Numbered from the stretch's first letter, positions 48,847-61,204 are shown. The stretch: DNA of 64,000 bases from an uncultured beta proteobacterium (GCA_963716855.1 CAVQUV010000020.1:77271-141270), one strand, 5' to 3'. Numbers and translations: made by a program. Notes: generated by a model from the sequence alone, not told the origin.

Positions 48847-50124
48847 ATGGCACACATCGTCGTGATCGGAGCGGGCCTCGGCGGCATGCCGATGGCCTAC
48901 GAAATGAAGGCGCTCGCTCGAGCGGAGGACCGCGTCACGGTCGTGGGCAACGGGCCGACGTTCCACTTCGTGCCTTCGAATCCCTGGGTCGCGGTCCGCT
49001 GGCGCGCCCGCAAGCAGATCGAGTTCCAGGCGGCGCCGTACCTCGACAGGAAGGGGATCGCGTTCGACCCGCGCGGGGCGAAGCGCGTGCATCCCGAAAG
49101 GAATGTCGTGGAGCTCGGCGATGGCACCCTGCTCGCCTACGATTACCTCATCGTCGCGAGCGGGCCGAAGCTCGCGTTCGAGGAGGTCGAGGGCCTCGGG
49201 CCCAACGGGCATACGCAGTCGATCTGCCACGTGGACCACGCCGAGACCGCTGCGGGCCGCTGGGATGCGTTCGTGACGGACCCCGGCCCGATCGTCGTGG
49301 GCGCGGTGCAGGGCGCCTCGTGCTTCGGGCCGGCGTACGAGTTCGCGTTCATCATGGATACCGATCTCCGGCGGCGGAAGGTCCGCGATCGCGTGCCGAT
49401 GACCTTCGTGACCGCAGAGCCCTACATCGGACACCTCGGCCTCGGCGGCGTCGGCGACTCGAAGACGATGCTCGAGTCGGCGATGCGCGACAAGCACATC
49501 AAGTGGATCACCAACGCCAAAGTGGCGAAGGTCGAAGAGGGGAAGATGTTCGTCGTCGAGCACGACGAGGAAGGCAAGCCGAAGAAGGAGCACGCATTGC
49601 CCTTCAAGTACTCGATGATGCTGCCCGCGTTCAAGGGCATCGACGCGGTGTTCGGGATCGACGGTCTCACCAATCCGCGCGGCTTCATCCTGATCGACGA
49701 GTATCAGCGCAACCCGAAGTATCCGAACGTGTACGCGGTCGGCGTGTGCGTGGCGATTCCGCCCGTCGAGCCGACGCCCGTACCCACCGGCGCGCCGAAG
49801 ACCGGGTTCATGATCGAGTCGATGGTGACGGCCGCCGCGCACAACATTCGCGAGGCGATCGACGGCAAGGCGCCATCGCACAAGGCCACGTGGAACGCTG
49901 TCTGCCTCGCCGACATGGGCGACACCGGGATCGCGTTCGTCGCGCTGCCGCAGATCCCGCCGCGCAATGTGAACTGGTTCAGCGAGGGCAAGTGGGTGCA
50001 CCTCGCGAAGATCGCCTTCGAGAAGTACTTCATCCGCAAGATGAAGAAGGGCACCTCCGAGCCGTATTACGAGAAGGCGGTGATGAAGATTCTCGGGATC
50101 GCGAAGCTGAAAGGCGCTCTCTAG
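48847..50124 (+). CDS. sqr: Sulfide:quinone oxidoreductase (type I SQR, FAD-dependent pyridine nucleotide-disulfide oxidoreductase family)
   Basis: 425 aa; IVVIGAGLGG, conserved Cys contexts (SICHVDHA, GASCFGPAYEF, AVCLADMG), amphipathic C-terminal helices. Confidence 0.85.
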   Translation: MAHIVVIGAGLGGMPMAYEMKALARAEDRVTVVGNGPTFHFVPSNPWVAVRWRARKQIEFQAAPYLDRKGIAFDPRGAKRVHPERNVVELGDGTLLAYDYLIVASGPKLAFEEVEGLGPNGHTQSICHVDHAETAAGRWDAFVTDPGPIVVGAVQGASCFGPAYEFAFIMDTDLRRRKVRDRVPMTFVTAEPYIGHLGLGGVGDSKTMLESAMRDKHIKWITNAKVAKVEEGKMFVVEHDEEGKPKKEHALPFKYSMMLPAFKGIDAVFGIDGLTNPRGFILIDEYQRNPKYPNVYAVGVCVAIPPVEPTPVPTGAPKTGFMIESMVTAAAHNIREAIDGKAPSHKATWNAVCLADMGDTGIAFVALPQIPPRNVNWFSEGKWVHLAKIAFEKYFIRKMKKGTSEPYYEKAVMKILGIAKLKGAL

Positions 50125-50130
50125 CGAAGG

Positions 50131-50160
50131 GAAAATGAAAACCGCCCCGATCGGGGCGGC
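50131..50160 (-). terminator. Rho-independent terminator of the minus-strand Spy-like gene (also a hairpin 3' of sqr)
   Basis: CCGCCCCG-at-CGGGGCGG; on the minus strand followed by TTTTCATTTTC. Confidence 0.65.
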
Positions 50161-50230
50161 TCTCGTCTGACTGCCGGGTTGGTCAGGGGCGGTCAGGCTC
50201 CTTCGCGCCCCGGCATCGGTCCGGGTGGTT

Positions 50231-50791
50231 TCACGACCCCGGCGCCGCATGGCCCCGCCGCGCGAAGCCCGGGAACCCGATCATGCGATCGGCCGTCGCC
50301 TTCTGCTCGGGCGTGAGCACCGCGTAGAGCCCGTCGCGCGCCGCGCCGATCTGCTTGGCCGCCTCGGCGTTGGCCGCGAAGTGCTTGCTTTGAAGCTCGG
50401 CCCGCGCGGCCGGATCGGTCGCTGCCATCTGCTCGCGGAACTTCGCGCGGGTCTCGGCTTGCGCCTTCACGACGGCCGCGTATGCATTCCACGCGCTCTC
50501 CTGTTCGGCGGTGATCTTGAGCGCACCTTTGACGCCGTCGAGCCGGGCTTCGGCCGCTGCCGGGTTCATCATCCCGCCGCCGCCCATGCGGCCGCCCCCG
50601 CCCATGCCACCCATCACCGGGCCGTAACCGGCACCCGCACCGGGACCGCCCATCATCGCGCAGTTCTCGGCACCGGGGCCATTACCTGCGGTCGGGCCCG
50701 GACCACCGTGCCACCCGGGACCGGCTGCGAATGCGGAACCGACGGCGGCGGCGACTCCAACCGCGACCAGGAATTTGCTTGCGACTCTCAT
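50231..50791 (-). CDS. Periplasmic Spy/CpxP/ZraP-family protein (LTXXQ motifs) with Gly/Met-rich N-terminal region
   Basis: ATG 50791 with SD GGAGGA; signal peptide ..AVGSAFA; ITAEQESAW and LTPEQKATA motifs; GGMGGGGRMGGGGMM stretch. Confidence 0.75.
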   Translation of the reverse strand: MRVASKFLVAVGVAAAVGSAFAAGPGWHGGPGPTAGNGPGAENCAMMGGPGAGAGYGPVMGGMGGGGRMGGGGMMNPAAAEARLDGVKGALKITAEQESAWNAYAAVVKAQAETRAKFREQMAATDPAARAELQSKHFAANAEAAKQIGAARDGLYAVLTPEQKATADRMIGFPGFARRGHAAPGS

Positions 50792-51045
50792 GACATCCTC
50801 CGTTTTGGAATGAACTCTGCTCGATTCCATTAGAGCGCTTCCCGCGGCGCGCGTGAGATTGATGTGTAACCAAGCGTTACCCACGACGCGGCGCTTACAA
50901 ACCGAGAGCGCTGTCGCATCTGTGCCGCTCGATCGCGCTGGCGTTTGACTTGGGTCAACACGCTCGGAGTCGCCACCGCCAGCATGGATCGGCACTACGA
51001 CGCAGCGACAGCGGCGTTCGTCCGGAAACAACCAGGAGGAAATTG

Positions 51046-51720
51046 GTGGATCTGCTCGAGTTCGCGCGGGGCCCTGCGCTCTGGGTGTCGCTTGCGATCT
51101 GCGTGCTCGGCGTCGGGTGGCGGCTGTGGGGCATCTTCCGGCAGCCGGTGAAGCCCGATTGGTCGGAGCCGCGCAGCAGCGCGACGACGGCGGGTGCGCT
51201 GCGGATGATCGTGCGGCGCATGTGGCATCACGAGACCTTCCGCCAGCGCACGTTCCTGAGCTCGTTCAACGCCTACGCGTATCACATCGGGCTCGCGATC
51301 GTCTTCTTCGGCTTCGTGCCGCACATCGCATTCGTCAAGCGCCTGACCGGACTGTCCTGGCCGGCGGTGCCGGGGTGGCTGTTCATCGCGGCGGTGGGTG
51401 CGGTGTTCGTCGGGCTCGGCTGGGTCCTGGTCGCGCGACTCACCAACCCGGTGCTGAAGCTCCTGTCCAACTTCGACGACTACTTCAGCTGGCTCGTCAC
51501 GATCCTGCCGATGATCACCGGCATGGCCGTGATCACCCTGTCGCCCGACCAGCCGTATCCCGCGCAGCCGCTCAATCCCGTGCCGGTCGCGATCCACCTG
51601 CTCTCGCTCGAATTGCTGCTCGTGTGGCTGCCGTTCGGGAAGCTTTCGCACGCGTTCCTGGTCTTCCTCTCGCGCGGCTATACCGGCGCCGCGTTCGCGC
51701 GCAGGGGGTCCGAGCTGTGA
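51046..51720 (+). CDS. NarI/DsrM/HdrE-like membrane di-heme cytochrome b subunit
   Basis: GTG 51046 (alt TTG 51043) 5 nt after AGGAGGA; 224 aa, 5 TM helices with conserved His positions (WHHE, YHIG, PHIAF, HLLS, SHAF). Confidence 0.7.
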   Translation: MDLLEFARGPALWVSLAICVLGVGWRLWGIFRQPVKPDWSEPRSSATTAGALRMIVRRMWHHETFRQRTFLSSFNAYAYHIGLAIVFFGFVPHIAFVKRLTGLSWPAVPGWLFIAAVGAVFVGLGWVLVARLTNPVLKLLSNFDDYFSWLVTILPMITGMAVITLSPDQPYPAQPLNPVPVAIHLLSLELLLVWLPFGKLSHAFLVFLSRGYTGAAFARRGSEL

Positions 51721-53039
51721 GCGAGAGCACGCGGCTCACCGTCGAGAAGCCCGCGGTGCGCTACGACAAGCAGGGCGAGCGCCCCGACGCCGAGCGGCTC
51801 GCGGCGGCGATGCAGGCATTCGCGAAGGACATGGGCCGCGCCGCCGCCGCGTACATGGAGTCGTGCATCCATTGCGGGAACTGCGCCGAGGCGTGTCACT
51901 TCTACGTGCAGACGGGGGACCCGAAGTACACGCCGATCTGGAAGCTCGAGCCGTTCAAGCAGGCGTACAAGCGCGAGGTCGGGCCGTTCGCCTGGCTCTA
52001 TCGCGCACTGAACTTGAAGCATGCGGTGACGGTCGGCGAGCTGGAGGAATGGCAGCACCTCCTCTACGACTCGTGCACGGTCTGCGGTCGCTGCACGATG
52101 ATCTGCCCGATGGGCATCGACATCGCATCGCTCATCAGCCAGGCGCGTCACGGCATGTTCGCCGCGGGCCTCGTGCCGCATGAGTTGTGGGCTGTCGCCG
52201 AGCGCGGGCACCGCGAAGGCAGCCCTCTGGGCGCGACGGCCAAGGTGTTCAAGGATCGAGTGGCGTGGCTCGCCGACGACTACGAGGTCGAGATGCCGCT
52301 CGACCGGCCCGAGGCCGAGGTGCTGATCACGTTCTCCTCGATCGAGATCATGAAGTACCCCGAGTCGCTGGTCGCGACCGCGAAGATCCTGAATCACGCC
52401 GGATACTCGTGGACGCTGTCGAGCCGGGGTTACGAGGCGACCAACTTCGGCCTGCTTTCGGGCAACCTCGACTGGCAGCGCGAGCTGAGCATGAAGCTCA
52501 TCGACGCCGCCGTCGCATGCAAGGCGAGGGTGCTGGTGCTGCCCGAGTGCGGACATGCGTATACCGCGCTGCGCTGGATGGGAGCGAACGTGTACGGCAG
52601 GCCGCTGCCGTTCCGCGTGCTGCACATCTCGGAGTTTCTCGCCGAGAACGTGCAGAACGGGCGCATCAAGGTGAAGAAGCTCGCGAGTTCGCTCACTTTC
52701 CACGACCCCTGCCAGGTGTCTCGGCGGGGCGGCGCCGTCGACGCGCCGCGCGTCGTGCTGCAGGCGCTCGGGGTCGAGCTACGCGAGACGCAGGACCACG
52801 GCAGTCTCAACTGGTGCTGCGGCGGAGGGGGCGGGGTGGTGACGATCCACCGCGCCGACGAGCTCCGCTACAAGGCGTTCGAGATCAAAATGAAGCAGCT
52901 CGACGCGACCGGTGCCGAGCTGACGGTGACGAGCTGCGCCAACTGCCGCCAGACGTTTGACGACGGGCAGGCCCACTTCAAGTGGGACCGGACGATGGGC
53001 AGCCTCCTCGAGCTCGTCGCCGAGAACCTGCGCGACTGA
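51717..53039 (+). CDS. (Fe-S)-binding protein of DsrK/HdrD/GlpC family (two 4Fe-4S motifs + two CCG domains)
   Basis: GTG 51717 overlaps upstream stop (GTGA); CIHCGNCAEAC, CTVCGRCTMICP, then Cys-rich CCG-type segments (PECGH, HDPCQ, WCCGGGGG, SCANCRQ). Confidence 0.8.
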   Translation: MSESTRLTVEKPAVRYDKQGERPDAERLAAAMQAFAKDMGRAAAAYMESCIHCGNCAEACHFYVQTGDPKYTPIWKLEPFKQAYKREVGPFAWLYRALNLKHAVTVGELEEWQHLLYDSCTVCGRCTMICPMGIDIASLISQARHGMFAAGLVPHELWAVAERGHREGSPLGATAKVFKDRVAWLADDYEVEMPLDRPEAEVLITFSSIEIMKYPESLVATAKILNHAGYSWTLSSRGYEATNFGLLSGNLDWQRELSMKLIDAAVACKARVLVLPECGHAYTALRWMGANVYGRPLPFRVLHISEFLAENVQNGRIKVKKLASSLTFHDPCQVSRRGGAVDAPRVVLQALGVELRETQDHGSLNWCCGGGGGVVTIHRADELRYKAFEIKMKQLDATGAELTVTSCANCRQTFDDGQAHFKWDRTMGSLLELVAENLRD

Positions 53040-53048
53040 CGCGTCGCC

Positions 53049-53743
53049 CTATTGCGCCTTCGGCGCGCCCGGCCCGGCACCGGGACCGCGCGGACCGGGC
53101 TCGGGCAGCGTGATCCCTTTCTCCTTCGCGCGGGCATCCGCGATCGCACGGCGCTCGGCCTGGATCTGCGCGCGCTCCTCCGGTGTCTTCGCCGCCTTCA
53201 TCTTGTCGAAGAACGCCCTTCGCTCCTCCGGCGAGAAGAGCTCGTCGCCGTAAAGCTGACTCCGGCGCGCCGTCGCACCTGCGCCGGGGGCGCGGGGCTC
53301 CGGCAGGGGCACGCCCCTCTCCTGCGCGCGCTTCTGCATCTCGGCGCGATGCTCGTCGCGCAGCTTGACGCGCTCGTCCTGCGTCTTAGCGCTGCGCAAC
53401 TTGTCGATGTACGCGTCGCGCTCCTGCGGGGTCATGAGGTCTGCGCCGTACATGCGCGGCTGCCCGCTGCGTCCCTGGAGGGTGATGCCCTGCGCCGCGG
53501 CGCGCTTCTGCATCTCGGCCCGGTGGGCGTCGCGGATCTTCGTGCGCTCCTCGGGCGTCTTCGCTTCCTGCATCTGCTTGCGGTAGGCGTCGCGCTCCTC
53601 CTGGGTCATCAACTGGTTTGCATACGGGCGCTGGGCCTGGGCGCTCGGTGCGGCAGGCGGCGTCTGTTGGGCGGAAGCGGGGAGGGCGGCAATGCCGATC
53701 GCCAGGGCAACGCGGCGGCGGCGAGCGTGCGTCGGAGGGTCAT
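53049..53743 (-). CDS. Periplasmic protein made of three ~55-aa LTXXQ-like repeats; N-terminal signal peptide apparently out of frame by one base
   Basis: Repeats are LMTQEERDAYRKQMQEAKTPEERTKIRDAHRAEMQKRA / LMTPQERDAYIDKLRSAKTQDERVKLRDEHRAEMQKRA / LFSPEERRAFFDKMKAAKTPEERAQIQAERRAIADARA. ATG 53743 (SD AGGA) reads MTLRRTLAAAA, but ..ALAIGIAALPASAQQ is in the -1 frame, so one base appears to be missing near 53705-53712. Confidence 0.6.
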
Positions 53744-53905
53744 TTGGATTTCCTAGGGTTGATCGGTCCTTCCGGCGATTTCGCCACACGCGGCGTCCCC
53801 TGCCCATAGCCCAGGGGGATCTTCTGTCACGGGATGTTGCATTGCGGGGAACCCTTACACATCGAAACGTCCTGTTGTCGCGATCGCCGACGGGCTGCCA
53901 AAAGA

Positions 53906-53933
53906 CTTGAAACGGCAACGTTCTACCCGTATC
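53906..53933 (+). promoter_or_regulatory. Putative sigma32-type heat-shock promoter of groESL
   Basis: CTTGAAA at 53906-53912, then CCCGTATC at 53926-53933 (spacing 13 nt; partial fit to CCCCATNT / CYTATNT). Confidence 0.45.
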
Positions 53934-53934
53934 A

Positions 53935-53961
53935 TTAGCACTCGCTCGGGTCGAGTGCTAA
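53935..53961 (+). promoter_or_regulatory. CIRCE element (HrcA operator)
   Basis: TTAGCACTC-gctcgggtc-GAGTGCTAA: perfect match to consensus TTAGCACTC-N9-GAGTGCTAA, 76 nt upstream of groES ATG. Confidence 0.85.
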
Positions 53962-54037
53962 CAGACTTGGCCCGTCTGCTTCCTGCGGCCGCTCGGAGTG
54001 AGCGACCGCTAACTAACCAAGGATAGGAGGAAAGTCC

Positions 54038-54325
54038 ATGAAAATCCGTCCATTGCACGACCGCGTGATCGTCAAGCGGCTCGAGGCCGAAAGCAAGTCC
54101 GCCGGCGGGATCGTGATCCCGGATACGGCAGGTGAGAAGCCGGACCAGGGCGAAGTCGTCGCCGTCGGCCCGGGCAAGAAGACCGAGGAAGGGAAAGTCC
54201 TGCCGATGGACGTGAAGGTCGGCGACCGCATCCTCTTCGGCAAGTACTCGGGCACGACCGTCAAGGTCGAGGGCACCGAGCTCCTCGTGATGCGCGAGGA
54301 AGACATCATGGGCGTCGTCGCCTGA
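54038..54325 (+). CDS. groES: Co-chaperonin GroES
   Basis: 95 aa, [14 protein letters not shown].., SD AGGAGG. Confidence 0.95.
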   Translation: MKIRPLHDRVIVKRLEAESKSAGGIVIPDTAGEKPDQGEVVAVGPGKKTEEGKVLPMDVKVGDRILFGKYSGTTVKVEGTELLVMREEDIMGVVA

Positions 54326-54357
54326 CGCGCCGGATCCACCCAGCCAGACACAGTTAG

Positions 54358-57280
<2,923 letters not shown>

Positions 57281-57436
57281 CGGGCTGCTCCTGACGATGC
57301 GGCGCCGGCGATCGTGACAGATCGTGCCAGGGCGATCCAGTGCCGCCCGCCCGTTTGCTAAACTGGCCTGCAACCCGCCGAATCGTCGCGAAAATGAGCG
57401 GGCGGACCCAGGAGGAAGAGCTGGAGGGGGATAGCG

Positions 57437-58126
57437 GTGCGCATTCTCATCGCCGAAGACGACGCGGTCCTGTCCGACGGGCTCACGCACAGCCTGCGCC
57501 AGTCCGGCTACTCCGTGGATTGCGTCAAGGACGGCACCGCGGCCGACGCGGCGCTGGCGACCGCCCAGTTCGATCTGCTGATCCTCGACGTCGGCCTGCC
57601 GAAGCTCTCCGGCTTCGAGGTGCTCAAGCGGCTGCGCGGGCGCGGCTCGGCGCTGCCGGTGCTGATCCTGACCGCTCTCGACGGCGTCGACGACCGGGTG
57701 CGCGGCCTCGATCTCGGCGCGGACGACTACCTCGCGAAGCCGTTCGCGCTGCAGGAGCTCGAAGCCCGCGTGCGCGCGCTCACGCGCCGCGGAAACGCGG
57801 CGAGCTCGAGCGTCCTCCGGCACGGCGACCTCGCGTTCGACCAGGTCGGCAAGATCGCCGAGGTCAACGGCCGCATGCTGGATCTCTCCGCGCGCGAGCT
57901 GGCTCTGCTCGAGATCTTCATGCAGCGGCCCGGCCGGATGGTCAACAAGGAACAGATCGTCGACCTCCTGTGCCAGTGGGGTGAAGAGGTCAGCACCAAC
58001 GCGGTCGAGGTCTACATCCACCGCCTGCGCAAGAAGCTCGAGCCCGGTGGCGTCAAGATCGCCACCGTGCGCGGCCTCGGCTACTGCCTCGAGAAGGCGG
58101 CCAATGGCGCGCGAAAAGCAACATAG
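57437..58126 (+). CDS. OmpR-family two-component response regulator
   Basis: GTG 57437 after GGAGGGGGA; receiver domain (ILIAEDD, DLLILDVGLP, LILTA, KPF) + winged-helix output (VEVYIHRLRKKL). Confidence 0.9.
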   Translation: MRILIAEDDAVLSDGLTHSLRQSGYSVDCVKDGTAADAALATAQFDLLILDVGLPKLSGFEVLKRLRGRGSALPVLILTALDGVDDRVRGLDLGADDYLAKPFALQELEARVRALTRRGNAASSSVLRHGDLAFDQVGKIAEVNGRMLDLSARELALLEIFMQRPGRMVNKEQIVDLLCQWGEEVSTNAVEVYIHRLRKKLEPGGVKIATVRGLGYCLEKAANGARKAT

Positions 58127-59525
58127 CCAGAAGTCGGTCTTCGGCGAGATCGTCGACTGGACGCTCGCACCGCTGCTGATCCTCTGGCCGATCAGCATGG
58201 CGATCCAGTACTTCCTCGCCTACAACATTGCCGACAACGCCTATGACCGCGAGCTGCGCGACAGCGTGGTCGCGCTCTCGAAGCAGCTGACCTACAGCGC
58301 CGGACAGCTGGTAGTGAAGGATGACGCTGCCGCCGCGATCATGCTGCGCGCCGACGAGGACGACGTCACCTACTTCCAGGTGCGCGACCAGCGCAACGCG
58401 GTCGCCGGCGGCGACGTGAACCTGCCGCTGGTCGACTTCACGCCGGAGATGAATCCGAACGAGGTGTACTTCCGCGACGATCACCTGCCGGGGGTGGAGC
58501 TCCGGGTCGCGTACATGTTCGCGCAGGTGCCTGGCATGTCGGGCGCCGCCCTCGTGCAGGTGGCCGAGACGGTCGGCAAGCGCAGCCGGCTCGCGAGCGA
58601 GATCATCGGCGACGTGCTCGCCGCGCAGTTCCTCATCGTGCCGGTCGCGCTGCTGTTCGTCTGGCTCGGCCTCACCCGCGGTGTCGAGCCGCTCAAGGCG
58701 CTCACGGAGGCGATCCGCCGGCGCAAGCCGAGCGATCTCGCGCCAATCGACGAGGCAGACGTGCCCGAGGAAGTGCAGCCGCTCATCGGCGCGTTCAACG
58801 ACCTGCTCGCCCGGCTCGATGCGAGCCTGCGCGCGCAGCAGCGGTTCGTGTCCGACGCCGCCCACCAGATGCGCACGCCGCTCGCCGGTCTCAGGATGCA
58901 GGCGGAGATCGCGATGCGGCAGCGCGACCCGGTGAACCTGCAGCACGCGATGCGGCAGATCGTCGCGAGCGCCGACCGCACGGCGCACCTGATCAATCAG
59001 CTCCTCGCGCTTGCGCGCACGGACAGCGACTCGCCGCCGGCGCTGCAGCCGCTCGACCTCGACGAGCTCGCGCGGGATGTTGCGCGCGAGTGGGTGCTGC
59101 GCGCCCGGGACAAGGACATCGACCTCGGCTTCGAGGCCGCCGAGCATGCCGCCTGGGTGGAGGGCAACGCGGCGCTGCTGCGGGAGCTCCTCAGCAACCT
59201 CGTCGACAACGCGATCCGCTACACGCCGGCCGGCGGCCGCGTGACCGTCCGCGTGCTCGTCGGCGAGCGCGTGGTGGTCGAAGTCGAGGACACCGGCATC
59301 GGCATCGACGAGGCCGAGCGCGAGCTCGTCTTCGAGCGCTTCTACCGCGTGCTGGGCACCGAGGTCGAGGGCTCCGGCCTCGGGCTTCCGATCGTGCGCG
59401 GGATCGCCCACCTGCACCGTGCGAGCGCCACGCTCTCCCCCAACGCGCGCGAGCGCGGGACCGTTGCTCGCGTCGTATTCCCCCGGGCGGTCGGCGCCGA
59501 GGACCGACTCCGGCCGGCCGCGTAG
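58104..59525 (+). CDS. Sensor histidine kinase (2CSK_N-type periplasmic N-terminus, HAMP, HisKA, HATPase_c)
   Basis: ATG 58104 overlaps RR 3' end by 23 nt; H-box FVSDAAHQMRTPLA, N-box LLSNLVDNAIRYT, G-boxes EDTGIGI / GSGLGLPIV. Confidence 0.9.
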   Translation: MAREKQHSQKSVFGEIVDWTLAPLLILWPISMAIQYFLAYNIADNAYDRELRDSVVALSKQLTYSAGQLVVKDDAAAAIMLRADEDDVTYFQVRDQRNAVAGGDVNLPLVDFTPEMNPNEVYFRDDHLPGVELRVAYMFAQVPGMSGAALVQVAETVGKRSRLASEIIGDVLAAQFLIVPVALLFVWLGLTRGVEPLKALTEAIRRRKPSDLAPIDEADVPEEVQPLIGAFNDLLARLDASLRAQQRFVSDAAHQMRTPLAGLRMQAEIAMRQRDPVNLQHAMRQIVASADRTAHLINQLLALARTDSDSPPALQPLDLDELARDVAREWVLRARDKDIDLGFEAAEHAAWVEGNAALLRELLSNLVDNAIRYTPAGGRVTVRVLVGERVVVEVEDTGIGIDEAERELVFERFYRVLGTEVEGSGLGLPIVRGIAHLHRASATLSPNARERGTVARVVFPRAVGAEDRLRPAA

Positions 59526-59663
59526 CGTCCGCGCGCCCGGCGCCGTGTCGTTCCACACGCTCGGCCGTTTGGCCAGCTTGTCCGTCGCCGGTGCTCTGGC
59601 AATAATGAGCTTATAAGCGACAATTCCAAGACGTCGCCCGCCAAAAGAGAGGAAGGAGGCGAC

Positions 59664-60174
59664 ATGGATAGGAATATCGTTCTCGCCAAGACCGCGAAAG
59701 GCCACGAGGAGGTCAAGTCGCGCACGCACGGCCTGGCCCAGAAGCAGCGCACGATCCTGATCATGGTGGACGGCGTCGCGACCGTCGGCGACATCCTCGC
59801 GAAGTTCGGCGGGATACCCGAGATCGCCGCGACGCTCGACGCGCTCGCGCGCGACGGCTTCGTCGAGGTCAAGGGCGTGGCCGGCGCGGCAACCGCGCCG
59901 GCCGCGTGCCGGCACCGCCGGCGACACCTGCTCCTGCGGCGCCCCAGACGCGGAAGGAAGCCCTGTCGGTTCTCGCTGCGCTATCCTGCATCGACAACCT
60001 CGGTCCCGGCGCCGATGACCTGACCGGTCGGCTCGAGGGCGCAAGGACCGGCGCCGAGTTCGCCGCTGCCGTGGAGCGCTGCGCCGAGATGCTGGAGGGC
60101 GTTCGCGGCGCACAGAAGGCCCAGACTTTTCCGCGAGCGCGCGAAGGCGTTGCGCCGCGTACTTCGGCGGATAA
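59664..60174 (+). pseudogene. Hypothetical protein (small alpha/beta N-domain, Pro/Ala linker, helical C-domain); about 3 frame changes as sequenced
   Basis: ATG 59664 follows a strong SD AGGAAGGAGG. MDRNIVLAKTAKGHEEVKSRTHGLAQKQRTILIMVDG..FVEVKGVAGAATAPAA is in frame 0. PAPPATPAPAAPQTRKEALSVLAALS..EMLEGVRGAQKAQTF is in frame 2 (a base missing near 59905). RERAKALRR is in frame 0 (extra base near 60131). A probable end ..YFGG* at TAA 60172-60174 is in frame 1. Confidence 0.5.
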
Positions 60175-60239
60175 TCTCGGCGGGCGATCGTGCAGCGCGC
60201 GGCCGCCGGACGGCGCGGCGCTCATCCGCGGACGTCGCG

Positions 60240-60805
60240 ATGCTGCGCCGCGCGCTTGCATTGACCTTCGCCGGCGCGCGAGTGGGCACGCGATCGCCGC
60301 GGAGCCGTTTACCGCGCCGGGGTCCTCGTCCGCTACGTCCTGCCACTCGCCGCGATCCCTGCGGTCGCCTGGGAGATCGGCCTCGCCGTGTTCGGGCTGG
60401 CGGCTTTCGGCGGGGAGCTCCAACCCACGGCTCGATCGGTCGCCGCTCATCGGCGCCGCAGACTGCACCCTCCTCGGGTCGATCGTGTGTGTCGCTGCTC
60501 GCGCTGGCACTCTTTGCGATCGTGCCCGTCTACGACGTCCGCCGGAACTGGACGCGCGCTTGGACGGTCGCCGCATACGGCGCGACGCCGGTCTGGCTCG
60601 CCGGGGTCGCTCCTCGTGCACCCGGTCCTGATCCTAGCCGTCCTTGTCGCGCGTTGCACGCGCCTTTCTGTGGTTTCTGGGGGTGCAGTGCTATTGCAGG
60701 TACCGGCGCGCGCGGCGGCCGAATGCGTCGCCATCGCGCTGCTCGTGCGGCACCGTCCTCACGATGCTCGCCGGCGGCCTCCTCGGCGCCGCGGGGTTGT
60801 TGTGA
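60240..60805 (+). pseudogene. Yip1-domain (DUF1282-like) membrane protein, at least 6 frame changes within ~570 nt as sequenced
   Basis: Recognisable segments hop between frames: MLRRALALTF (0), REWA (1), IAAEPFTAPG (2), VLVRYVLPLAAIPAVAWEIGLAVFG (1), SLLALALFAIVPVYDVRRNWTRAWTVAAYGATPVWLAGV (0), LLVHPVLILAVLVA (1), FLWFLGVQ (2), ECVAIALLV (1), TVLTMLAGGLLGAAGLL* (2, TGA 60803-60805). Confidence 0.6.
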
Positions 60806-60939
60806 TGCACAACGACCACCCGTAAGGCTGGCCGTGCGTAAGTTTGCGTCACTAGATTGCCGCGGATAAGTCAGAAGAACTACGCTCCAAGAAGCGGCAC
60901 CAGCCGCCTGATTCGGTCGCTCAACATGGAGGGGGTCCT

Positions 60940-61201
60940 GTGGAACTCACCGACAAGCATCGCGAGTACTGGCGCAAGAACCTCACGCTCACCGTGATCC
61001 TGCTGGCGATATGGGCGTTCGTCACGTTCATCCTCGGTTTCTATCGCCCGCGACCTGCAGTTCAACTTCTTCGGCTGGCCGTTCGCATTCTGGGTGGGCG
61101 GGCAGGGGGCGCTCGTCGTGTACGTGCTGATCATCTGGTTCTACGCGACGTACATGAACAAGCTCGACCGGCAGTACGACGTGCACGAGGGGGACGACTG
61201 A
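60940..61201 (+). pseudogene. DUF4212 small membrane subunit of solute:sodium symporter, one extra base near 61045
   Basis: GTG 60940 follows GGAGGGGG. Frame 1 reads ELTDKHREYWRKNLTLTVILLAIWAFVTFILGFY. Frame 2 reads ARDLQFNFFGWPFAFWVGGQGALVVYVLIIWFYATYMNKLDRQYDVHEGDD* to TGA 61199-61201. Junction: tat-[c]-gcc. Confidence 0.8.
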
Positions 61202-61204
61202 GCC

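Noticed and set aside
60496-60512. TGGCAC..TTGC-like sequence as a second sigma54 promoter
   Set aside because: The spacing between GG and GC is 8 rather than 10 nt, and it lies inside the Yip1-like coding region.
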